Source: a virus. Taken from it: a stretch of DNA of 64,000 nucleotides. The DNA lies in IMG/VR virus record IMGVR_UViG_3300003323_000257, positions 32,001 through 96,000 of that record. One strand, written 5' to 3'. The first letter of the stretch is position 1; each line of letters starts with the position of its first letter. The translations under genes were made by a program, and so were the position numbers. Shown here one piece after another: positions 8,800 through 16,919 of the stretch. The notes beneath the pieces are model-generated. The model saw nothing but the letters and a program-made list of their open reading frames with translations. It was not told where the DNA came from and searched no databases.

Positions 8800-11700
8800 A
8801 TGCTTGAAACCAGATTTTTATTCCCGTTTGACCAAGAAGGCGCCTACGAACTAAGCATACCTAAATGTGCTTCCTGGGAATCTTCCAAGACCAAGATTTT
8901 GGTCTTGCTGCAGACGGTTGATGGGCGTGATCTTAAAGCCAAAGGTATGCTGGCCGACAAGATGGTGCGACAATGCTTCACCAATGCACTGAAATACGCG
9001 CAGACCTACGCACGGACCTACAAGGAGGAATTGAAGCAGTCTGCTTATGTGGTTGCTCCGTTCAATCGCAAACGCCACCTGAACCTTAAAGGTGCGGCTC
9101 GAAAAAGCGCTGAACTAGAATTCGCAGAACACGCCCACAAGCTGATTAAGAAGCTAAAGCCGACACACGTTCTGATTTCTGGTGACGAGGCGTTTCATGC
9201 CATGTGGCCTAAAATAGAACACCACACCTACAAGCGTGGCTGGGTTCATGATCTTGAATCGAAAGGTCATAAGGTAAAGGTTACATCGACTCTTGACTTC
9301 TCTCGTCTGTTGGAGAAAAAAGGTGAATACGCTAACCTGTTAGGTTTCTGGTGCAGGCACTTCGCGCACCTAATGCTCGGCCGTCACCCTCATTCGTTAA
9401 AAGGATTAGAACCTACCGTAAGGTACGTGGACACTATCGAGAAGTTCGACCGTCTCATGGACCGTATGGAAGACGAGTCTGAGTTTTCGACTGACACGGA
9501 GACACGTGACCTCTCTGTGCTAGGTAATGCCATCTATACGATTCAATTCGCCTTGGGGTCCAACCCAAGTGTTGGATACGTGATCCCAGTGGACCATCCT
9601 CTGCAGGATTGCTGGACCAAAGAACAGCGCAAGCATATCAAAAAACGACTGCGCAAGTTGTTTGCGTCTAAAAAGAAAAAGCTTATCGTCGGCATGAACA
9701 TCATGTATGACCTTAGGGTTATCCGCAGGTGTCTAAAGATTCCAATCATCTGGCATGACGTATGGGAGATCACCGCAGGTGAGCATGACCTGGACGAGAA
9801 CATTACAGAACTTGCCAACTTTAATTCCAAGCCAGGTAATCTGGCGGCCATCTTAGGTTCGTACGAATGTTCCTTCTATTGGGACAACTCTTTTGGTAAG
9901 GAAGATCGTTCAACCATCGCTGCTGTTAAGCCTACAGATAAAGGCTTCCAGCGATACGGAGCAATGGACGTTGTTAGTCTTCTGCACATCAAGCCACAAC
10001 AGATTAAAAGGGCGGCGCACCAATTCATCGAGGGACAGTCCTATAAGCCTTATTACGTAAGGCACATGATTGACCAAATGGGTGACACCGCCCATCAATT
10101 GTCACACCTTCGTGAAGACGGATCCTTGGTGGACGTTAATTATCTTCGACACCTGGTCTCCCCAGAAAGTCCTTTGAAGACTGAGATGAAACGACTGGCC
10201 TCGGAGTTTAGGCTGTTCCCTGAGGTGCAGGAGGCTAATCAGCGAATTCTTGGCGAATCTGGAATGAAGGCCAAAGGTTTGTTCGGAAAGTCCAAGGCTG
10301 CCGCCAAATGGGCGCTTTCGATGACCAAGCCTGCCCACCTTAGGGTTCTGTTCTTTGATGTGATGGGTATGGAGCCTGTCAACGAGACTGTCCAAGGAGA
10401 GAAATCAGTAGACAAGGCGTTCGTCACCGAAAACGAGGCGCGTAATCCTGTGGTGGCTGCTTATGGTGAGCACGCAAAACTTGGCAAATTGCTGTCAACC
10501 TATGCCAAGGGTTGGTTGAAGAAATTACGTTCCAATCGCGACTCAGCGGAAGATCAACATTTACGTGCTGACTATTCCTTCTTTGACGTAGCAACTGGAC
10601 GCCTGAACTCCAAGAATCCTAACCTGCAACAAATTCCTTCGCGTGGCAAGCTGGCAAAGATCATCAAAAAGATGTTCGTGGCCAAGAAGGGTACATTGCT
10701 GGTTCGTTACGACTATTCTGCACACGAGGTTCGTGTGTGGTCCTACGTAGGCAAGGATCAAATCCTCGCGGGCATCTTCAAGGTCGGTCAGAAGCTCCGA
10801 CAGCAATTCATTGTTGATCCCTCAGAAGAAAACGCGAAGGCTATCAAACTCAAGGGTGACATTCACATTCTGAACGTCAAACGGTTACTCGGCAAAATTG
10901 TCGATAAGAGCCATCCACTTCGAGACGCCATTAAAGCTGTTATCTTTGGTCTGCTGTACGGCAAGTCTGCTGAGACTTTAGGTGAGGACACGAAGCTCGG
11001 TGACAAGCAAGCTCTGATGAAAATCATCGGAGACAAAGAGGCTGACGTTAAGGCAAAGAAGGAAGCAGAGAAAAACCTGCGCGCACTTATGGCAGAGGAC
11101 CGCACTTCTTACGCGCAAGGTCTGATTGATAAGGTCTTCCAAGAATTTAAGGGAGGAGCCAAGTGGACCAACAAAATGAAAAAGTTGGTCGAGACCGAGT
11201 ACTACGTTTATAGCCCTATTGGAAGGATGCGCCGTCTGTACGCAGCAATGACTGGCGATCGCGGTATCGTTAATCAGCAGATTCGTAGGGGCTCTAACGC
11301 ACCTATTCAAGGGTTCGCTTCTGAGATTGGCATCAAGGCTGGCCGTTTAATTATGGAACTCTACTACAAGGAGCTGCCTAAGTTTTGTGAGTTCCTCGAT
11401 ATAGAATACGACGACTGGGAGTTGCGTGTTCCTTATAATCGAGTTGTCCATGATGCATCATACTATTCCGTTATGTATTCGATGGTAATTCCATTCACTC
11501 ACATATTACAATATGCTGCGACTTATGGAGTAACTGAAGTCTACGCAAAGGAGTTCAACGTTGAATTTCCTGTAGAGCCAGAGATCGAGATGGAATTTGG
11601 GGTCCGTGACGATTCCACCCACAAGTGGGACTGGAGTATTCCTAACATTGTTGACTCTATCGTTAAGTCAATTGACCAAGCCGAGGAACTGAATTTGTTG

Positions 11701-11871
11701 GAAGGTTCAAAAGATGAAGTCTTGAAGACCATTTTCGAACCATGGCGGAATAAGAAAATGAGGACTTACCTGCAGTCGAAATATCCGTTGCTAGGTGTAA
11801 AAAATCTTGACCGTCAGATAACAGAGGCACTTACCGTGGTTTATGGAAAGAAAGGGAAGGAGACTGCCTGA
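8800..11871 (+). CDS. polA: Family A DNA polymerase with 3'-5' exonuclease and N-terminal UDG-like extension
   Basis: Exo I DTET, Exo II N..YD, Exo III YGAMD; TGRLNSKNPNLQQIP; motif A DYSAHEVR; motif B R..IK...FG..YG; motif C VVHDA. Confidence 0.93.
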   Translation: MLETRFLFPFDQEGAYELSIPKCASWESSKTKILVLLQTVDGRDLKAKGMLADKMVRQCFTNALKYAQTYARTYKEELKQSAYVVAPFNRKRHLNLKGAARKSAELEFAEHAHKLIKKLKPTHVLISGDEAFHAMWPKIEHHTYKRGWVHDLESKGHKVKVTSTLDFSRLLEKKGEYANLLGFWCRHFAHLMLGRHPHSLKGLEPTVRYVDTIEKFDRLMDRMEDESEFSTDTETRDLSVLGNAIYTIQFALGSNPSVGYVIPVDHPLQDCWTKEQRKHIKKRLRKLFASKKKKLIVGMNIMYDLRVIRRCLKIPIIWHDVWEITAGEHDLDENITELANFNSKPGNLAAILGSYECSFYWDNSFGKEDRSTIAAVKPTDKGFQRYGAMDVVSLLHIKPQQIKRAAHQFIEGQSYKPYYVRHMIDQMGDTAHQLSHLREDGSLVDVNYLRHLVSPESPLKTEMKRLASEFRLFPEVQEANQRILGESGMKAKGLFGKSKAAAKWALSMTKPAHLRVLFFDVMGMEPVNETVQGEKSVDKAFVTENEARNPVVAAYGEHAKLGKLLSTYAKGWLKKLRSNRDSAEDQHLRADYSFFDVATGRLNSKNPNLQQIPSRGKLAKIIKKMFVAKKGTLLVRYDYSAHEVRVWSYVGKDQILAGIFKVGQKLRQQFIVDPSEENAKAIKLKGDIHILNVKRLLGKIVDKSHPLRDAIKAVIFGLLYGKSAETLGEDTKLGDKQALMKIIGDKEADVKAKKEAEKNLRALMAEDRTSYAQGLIDKVFQEFKGGAKWTNKMKKLVETEYYVYSPIGRMRRLYAAMTGDRGIVNQQIRRGSNAPIQGFASEIGIKAGRLIMELYYKELPKFCEFLDIEYDDWELRVPYNRVVHDASYYSVMYSMVIPFTHILQYAATYGVTEVYAKEFNVEFPVEPEIEMEFGVRDDSTHKWDWSIPNIVDSIVKSIDQAEELNLLEGSKDEVLKTIFEPWRNKKMRTYLQSKYPLLGVKNLDRQITEALTVVYGKKGKETA

Positions 11872-12581
11872 TGCAGCCTTTATCTTCACAGGAAAGAGAG
11901 CTGTCCCCTATTGAACTTCGCAAGCGTCGACGTAAGATAGTAGTAGTTCTAGGTTTTCGTCGCAGTGATTTTGAACTCTGGTTAAGGAAATGGAAAACCT
12001 TTTGCTATTGGGCCGAGGAACGAACTTCCATTAACAAGCTGCATTTTCCTCTGTACCTAGTAAAAGCACACGAGGCTGGTATAAAACGTCCTACGCAAAT
12101 AGGAAGAAAGCGCAATCAATTCCAACTTGGACGGATAGGAGATAAAGGTGGCTATACCAAAGCTAATTGTCGATTCATAACAGTCCAACAGAACCAGGAA
12201 GAGCGCAAGCTTAATGGTGGAACTGCTATAGCAGTTGAGAAGGCAGCAAGAATACGAAGAGGACAAACGAAAGAGACCGATGAACACATAGCATCCATGG
12301 CTGAAAAGTTACGTGGGCGCTCTATGCAGGATCATGAGTACCTAGCTGCGGCCGGTAGAAAGCGAGGTCGTGCCTTTAAAGTAAAATCACCCTCAGGAAA
12401 ACGCATTACAGGTCAAAGTTTAAATGCTCTCTGCAAGGAATATGGATTAAATCAATCCATGATGAGCAAACTTTGTCGCGGGGATATTGAAACGTATAAA
12501 GGTTGGACTGGTAGGTACACCGAGCCGTTAAAACCATGGTATCGTATAAAGGAGAAGGGATGCAAGAAAGCCGCTACGTAA
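11871..12581 (+). CDS. Putative HNH-like homing endonuclease with NUMOD-type DNA-binding tail
   Basis: LGRIGDKGGYTKANCRFITVQQN core and C-terminal SPSGK...LCKEYGLNQS.MSKLCRG...YKGWTG; paralogue of 37635-38276. Confidence 0.7.
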   Translation: MQPLSSQERELSPIELRKRRRKIVVVLGFRRSDFELWLRKWKTFCYWAEERTSINKLHFPLYLVKAHEAGIKRPTQIGRKRNQFQLGRIGDKGGYTKANCRFITVQQNQEERKLNGGTAIAVEKAARIRRGQTKETDEHIASMAEKLRGRSMQDHEYLAAAGRKRGRAFKVKSPSGKRITGQSLNALCKEYGLNQSMMSKLCRGDIETYKGWTGRYTEPLKPWYRIKEKGCKKAAT

Positions 12582-12919
12582 TGCAGGCTTTTGATGAACA
12601 AACATGGTCGATCTTGGATTCTGAAACCAACAAGGTGTATGCGTTGGCTTTGACTGAACTGGCGAATTTTAGAGTCCACATTGCACTAGCTGAAGTATCC
12701 CTGAATTCTCACACAGCTCGTTATATGATGTACCTGCGTGAGATTCTAGGGGTGCACCTTCAAGTAAGCGATCAAAACGTAGGTCGTGATGTTTTGACCT
12801 ACGTGCTTCAAGAACTTCAGCTAGGTGCTGATATCGCAAACCCTGTTGAAATGGCTATTCGATTATCTGCTGATCTTCACGGACAGCCTATTGAGTGGCC
12901 TGTTTCACCATCTCATTAG
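12560..12919 (+). CDS. Hypothetical protein
   Basis: ATG 12560 after AAGGAG. Confidence 0.6.
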   Translation: MQESRYVMQAFDEQTWSILDSETNKVYALALTELANFRVHIALAEVSLNSHTARYMMYLREILGVHLQVSDQNVGRDVLTYVLQELQLGADIANPVEMAIRLSADLHGQPIEWPVSPSH

Positions 12920-13611
12920 AGGCCTCACAAATGACCATTCTAGGTTCCCTTGTTTTACATTCAGACCGACCTGTCCCTGAATTCGAATTGCCTGAACTTA
13001 AGGGACTACATAAGCGAGAAGGGCACCATGTCGGGTCCCGACACAACGGAAGCTTCCGAGAGTACTTCGACCTAGAACCCCTTGAACTGTTGGTTCCACA
13101 GAGATACAAACGTATGACTGTTCTGGCCTCCGACAACGTGAAACACGAATTGTCTGCTGAGCTTTCTACGCTGGACTCGCAGTTCGAAGGTGCTCGTCAA
13201 TTATTCAAGCTCCAGAAGTTGTTGGACCGCTTTCAAGGCCAATGGTTCTCGGTAGTCAACGTCTCCAATTTTGGTGCTGATGGTACGGCCCAAAGCGGTG
13301 GATTCTATCTATTGAGTTCAGATCATCCTCTGCACATCGCACTGGTCTTCGATTCCAATTCAGGATCAGTTCAATTGGTGTGGGCAACGTTTGATTTCAA
13401 ACGTTCCTTAAGAGAGCAACAAGGCTTCAATTATTCCTTCTTTCTCCTACCAACTGAAAGGCGTATGCCCTTGTTTGTGCCCTCTCAAGCCTTATGTAGT
13501 AAATGGTGGAGACTAACGCAAAGTTTTGATGGCCAACGGTACGGACTGTTAAAGGCCTGTAACGCCATCGAAATGATCCTTTACAAAAATCCTCACGCCG
13601 CAAAGCTATGA
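12895..13611 (+). CDS. Hypothetical protein
   Basis: 238-aa ORF coupled to the primase by an ATGA overlap; true start may be 12930. Confidence 0.65.
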   Translation: MACFTISLEASQMTILGSLVLHSDRPVPEFELPELKGLHKREGHHVGSRHNGSFREYFDLEPLELLVPQRYKRMTVLASDNVKHELSAELSTLDSQFEGARQLFKLQKLLDRFQGQWFSVVNVSNFGADGTAQSGGFYLLSSDHPLHIALVFDSNSGSVQLVWATFDFKRSLREQQGFNYSFFLLPTERRMPLFVPSQALCSKWWRLTQSFDGQRYGLLKACNAIEMILYKNPHAAKL

Positions 13612-14615
13612 ACTATGTCGAAACTCAGTCCAAGTTAGATTTCGTACGTAATCAACTGTCACAGTACGCTGGCCCTAAAAAGGAGCAAAGTGGATCGATC
13701 TTCGTCCTCTGTCCCTTCCACTCCGAGCGCACTCCATCGTTCAGGATTTTCGTAAACGAGACTACCAAGAATCCTGGATATGGAAAATGCTATGGCTGCG
13801 GCCAATACGGAGGATGGGATAAATTGGCTCCAATGTTAGGCCTCAAACCTTTCAAAAAGGAGAAGCCTACTGAGGAGTACGCTAATTTTAGGTTACTTCC
13901 TGACGAGGAGGCGGAAGAAGAGCAGGATTTCGTTCAGGAGCCGATGAAGTTTAGTGATCTTCCGAAGAACAAACGTTGGCGTGGCATATCAACTAATCTG
14001 CTGATTGACTTAGGTGCCCGAGTGTGTCGACCGATCAATAAAGAATATGGCTTGCTGAAACCACGTCTGTGGTTACCTGTTTACATTAACGAAGAACTTA
14101 GGGGCTACATCAAAGCCCGCTTCAGGAAACATCCTGATTGGCCGTCATACATAAATGCCAAAGGTCCGTGGTCAAAGACTCACGGCCTATTTCCTTTTGA
14201 CCACTCCATCAAGCTAATGCGTTCCCTTGAGTCCAAGACTATGGTTCTCGTTGAGGGTCAACGAGATGCATTAAGATTGATCTCTCACGGTATACCTGCT
14301 TTGTGTATTCTAGGCACTCAAAGTTGGAGCTCCTCTAAGGCCAAATTGTTGGAGCTCGCTGGAGTGGAGAAGCTTATCCTTCTGTTTGACGGAGATGATG
14401 CAGGCAAAGAAGCGACTGAACTTATTTTACCAAAGGTGCAATTCATGTTCAGTGTGAAGACCCTAAAGCTGTGGTCTATGAAGGGTAGTCCTTACATTCA
14501 ATTCAAAGACGAGGAGCATCCTAGCAAGGCCGCAAAGAAGGCAGACGTAACCTTGTGGGACCCTGGCAATATGCCAGAATGGATAATCAACAAAATCAAA
14601 CGAATATATTTCTAG
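13608..14615 (+). CDS. dnaG: DNA primase (Zn finger + TOPRIM)
   Basis: CPFHSERTPSF...CYGC zinc finger; VLVEGQRDAL and LLFDGDDAG TOPRIM motifs. Confidence 0.9.
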   Translation: MNYVETQSKLDFVRNQLSQYAGPKKEQSGSIFVLCPFHSERTPSFRIFVNETTKNPGYGKCYGCGQYGGWDKLAPMLGLKPFKKEKPTEEYANFRLLPDEEAEEEQDFVQEPMKFSDLPKNKRWRGISTNLLIDLGARVCRPINKEYGLLKPRLWLPVYINEELRGYIKARFRKHPDWPSYINAKGPWSKTHGLFPFDHSIKLMRSLESKTMVLVEGQRDALRLISHGIPALCILGTQSWSSSKAKLLELAGVEKLILLFDGDDAGKEATELILPKVQFMFSVKTLKLWSMKGSPYIQFKDEEHPSKAAKKADVTLWDPGNMPEWIINKIKRIYF

Positions 14616-14625
14616 GAGTACCATC

Positions 14626-15204
14626 ATGTTTATGGCCGCTAAGTTATTCTTCTCTACCTCATTAGGTAAATCTCTTCTATTGGTTTTGGCCTTCGCGCTC
14701 ACAGTGTTCGCTGCTTTCGAGTTAGGATCCAGCCACGGTTACTCCGATGGACACACGAAAGGCTTCAATGAAGGTCGAGCTTCACGTGATCCTGAAGTGC
14801 AGCACCTGCAAGACAACGTGGTAGCCTTATCAAAACTGATTAACGATGAACGCCTAGCTCAGGCCACCAAGATTGATAAACTGCAGTCTGATGCCGCCAA
14901 TCAAGCTGTGGAGACCTCTAAGAAACTCAATCAGCAAATACGCGAACGTGACAAGATTATTCAGAACTACAAAAATCAAGTACCTCCAGAGATTCAGCAG
15001 CACTGCGCGCTTTCCATGGAAACAGTTCAGGCCATCAACAAGTTAATTGACAATGCAAATGGAGTTCGAAATGAAGGACCTGTCCAAGGTGATACTGCTA
15101 CTGATAATAGTTCCTCTGGTCCTCCTGTGGATAGCCCTCACGCTAGCAACGGAGGACGAACAAATACCGATTCAAATAATAAAGGTCAAGGAGAAAACAA
15201 ATGA
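14626..15204 (+). CDS. Inner-membrane spanin (Rz-like)
   Basis: N-terminal TM helix, long coiled coil and a C-terminal Cys; directly upstream of a lipoprotein. Confidence 0.65.
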   Translation: MFMAAKLFFSTSLGKSLLLVLAFALTVFAAFELGSSHGYSDGHTKGFNEGRASRDPEVQHLQDNVVALSKLINDERLAQATKIDKLQSDAANQAVETSKKLNQQIRERDKIIQNYKNQVPPEIQQHCALSMETVQAINKLIDNANGVRNEGPVQGDTATDNSSSGPPVDSPHASNGGRTNTDSNNKGQGENK

Positions 15205-15494
15205 ATAGGATTAGTTTGTGGCTACTGGCTCCCTTGCTTTTGGTAGGCTGTGCGGATCAACCAGTCAAGCAAAAACCTTTGGAAGACGTGGTGCTAGTGC
15301 CTGAGAAGAAGACGGTATCGATCCCTGACGAGACATTACGAGAGTGCGATCCTCTGCCAAAAATGGAGGAGCGAAAGTACACAGAAGCTGAAACGCTTGA
15401 TTTTATGCAGTCCCTGGTTACCAACCAATCCGACTGCCGCAAAAGGAAGAGCGACGAAACGCAAACTCTAAAGAAGGCGTTCAATAGTAAATAA
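15201..15494 (+). CDS. Outer-membrane lipoprotein spanin (Rz1-like)
   Basis: Lipobox LLVGC, Pro-rich segment and two further Cys. Confidence 0.7.
   Translation: MNRISLWLLAPLLLVGCADQPVKQKPLEDVVLVPEKKTVSIPDETLRECDPLPKMEERKYTEAETLDFMQSLVTNQSDCRKRKSDETQTLKKAFNSK
15486..15493 (+). promoter_or_regulatory. Putative phage promoter, AGTAAATA motif (start of the deazaguanine operon)
   Basis: Motif 76 nt upstream of queD. Confidence 0.6.
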
Positions 15495-15505
15495 TTGGTA
15501 TCAAG

Positions 15506-15563
15506 GAGCCTTACAGAACTCATACCGAACTGTCAGGCTTTTCTCACCTTCGTTATGGAGTTC
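15506..15563 (+). promoter_or_regulatory. Candidate two-state RNA leader of queD
   Basis: Hairpin agcct.acag/ctgt.aggct + TTTT, versus the alternative pairing gaactcataccgaa (15516-15529) with ttcgttatggagttc (15549-15563), which covers the GGAG RBS. Confidence 0.45.
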
Positions 15564-15569
15564 CTTTAA

Positions 15570-16019
15570 ATGCATTATTCGACTAAGACGTATGGGCATG
15601 AGATCGGCCTATCCTGTGTATTTCGTCAATGGAGGGCTGAAAGCCATTGCCGTTTGGCCCATGGTTATGCACTTTCCTTTAAGTTCATATTCGCTGCTGA
15701 AGAATTAGACCACAGAGGGTGGGTTTGCGATTTTGGAGGACTGAAACCTCTAAAAGGTATTCTTGAAGACACCTTCGACCATACTTTCCTGGTAGCTGAA
15801 GATGATCCTAAGTTCGATGTAATAATGGATCTTGATCGAGTTCACGGTATTGCAAAAGTAGTGCCTGTCCCTGCGGCTGGATGTGAACGCACTGCCGAAA
15901 TGGTCTACGAGGTGGCAGAACAATGGCTCAAGGATGCAGGGTACAGTCCTCGCGTTCGCTTGGTATCTGTGGAAGTTTCCGAACACGGTGCAAACAGCGC
16001 CATTTACACGAAAGATTAA
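15570..16019 (+). CDS. queD: 6-carboxy-5,6,7,8-tetrahydropterin synthase
   Basis: SHC..AHGY, WVCDFGGLK..K..LEDTFDHT.LV..DDP, GCERTAE and VEVSEHGANSA motifs. Confidence 0.9.
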   Translation: MHYSTKTYGHEIGLSCVFRQWRAESHCRLAHGYALSFKFIFAAEELDHRGWVCDFGGLKPLKGILEDTFDHTFLVAEDDPKFDVIMDLDRVHGIAKVVPVPAAGCERTAEMVYEVAEQWLKDAGYSPRVRLVSVEVSEHGANSAIYTKD

Positions 16020-16020
16020 C

Positions 16021-16377
16021 ATGGGAAAGAAACTAGTTTGGGTAACCTTTCAGCGCAAAGGCTTTCACTTCTATCCAGGTGCACCTAGTGAGGTAGCATA
16101 TCTGCAGGATCGTCATCGCCATTTATTCAAGTTCAAGGTGAAGATTGAAGTCTTCCACGATGACCGTGAAATCGAGTTCCACATGTTCCTGAACAAGATC
16201 GAAAGCTGGTACGACAGCGGAGCACTGGAACTCAATCATAAGTCCTGTGAAATGCTGGCAGATGATCTGCACGCCAAGCTTAACAAAGAGTATGGCGGGA
16301 CCGGCAGGCCTCGCGAGTGCGTTATCGAGGTGTCTGAAGATGGGGAGTGTGGCGCTGAGTGCCACTACATGGTATGA
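16021..16377 (+). CDS. QueD-like T-fold protein (DpdL-like putative CDG decarboxylase)
   Basis: GFH.YPGAP..VAYLQDRHRHLF (LxxxHRHxF), DDREIEF, SCEMLADDL, IEVSEDGE; start at ATG 16021. Confidence 0.7.
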   Translation: MGKKLVWVTFQRKGFHFYPGAPSEVAYLQDRHRHLFKFKVKIEVFHDDREIEFHMFLNKIESWYDSGALELNHKSCEMLADDLHAKLNKEYGGTGRPRECVIEVSEDGECGAECHYMV

Positions 16378-16919
16378 AAGACAGCTCCGCCGTAAAGGAC
16401 TTTACTGGCTTAAAGTTTCCGCCTGCATCGATTGAATACGCAATGTTCGAGGGCTTTGAGCAAGAAGGTCCGTTAAAAGGAAAGTTCACGTTGTTCATTG
16501 TAGGTCCTATGCCTTATGAAGATATCCTGGCTCAACTGTCCATTAAGGACTATGACCAAATTTATTTCGGTGCAGGTGGCCGCTTCGATTACCACCCAAA
16601 ATCTGTTGAAGTCGTTTACAAGAATATCAATTCGGACGTTATCGTTACTGTGGAGAATCCAGTAATAGATTTTGACTTGATGGACTCCTGCGAGAACTTA
16701 CATTGGATGTGCCCTATGGTCTGGCATGGTGAAGCTGTTCCGAATGCGATGGCATCTTTGGCCAAGCTCAGTGAAAAGCCACGCTACTATGATGACACCA
16801 TTATAGTGAAGATTGACACTGGGTTGGCCACCTATTCTGCTTACTACGGCGCTTTAAAGCACTCCAGCTATGGTGACTACTCTGCTGACAAGCTGATAAT
16901 GCAAAAGGAAAGACAATGA
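16374..16919 (+). CDS. Uncharacterised protein inside the deazaguanine cluster
   Basis: ATGA-coupled between the DpdL-like gene and the glycosyltransferase; segments FEGFEQEG..KG..TLFIVG and IYFGAG look conserved. Confidence 0.7.
   Translation: MKDSSAVKDFTGLKFPPASIEYAMFEGFEQEGPLKGKFTLFIVGPMPYEDILAQLSIKDYDQIYFGAGGRFDYHPKSVEVVYKNINSDVIVTVENPVIDFDLMDSCENLHWMCPMVWHGEAVPNAMASLAKLSEKPRYYDDTIIVKIDTGLATYSAYYGALKHSSYGDYSADKLIMQKERQ

Noticed and set aside
12510-12581. Endonuclease C-terminus (TEPLKPWY..KEKG) as a duplicate of the polymerase C-terminus (TEALTVVY.KKG)
   Set aside because: The similarity is too short and weak to separate from chance, and the segment overlaps the next gene's RBS.
15494-15569. 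Canonical preQ1 riboswitch upstream of queD
   Set aside because: It lacks the class I P1/loop consensus and A-rich tail as I recall them; kept only as an unclassified switch candidate.
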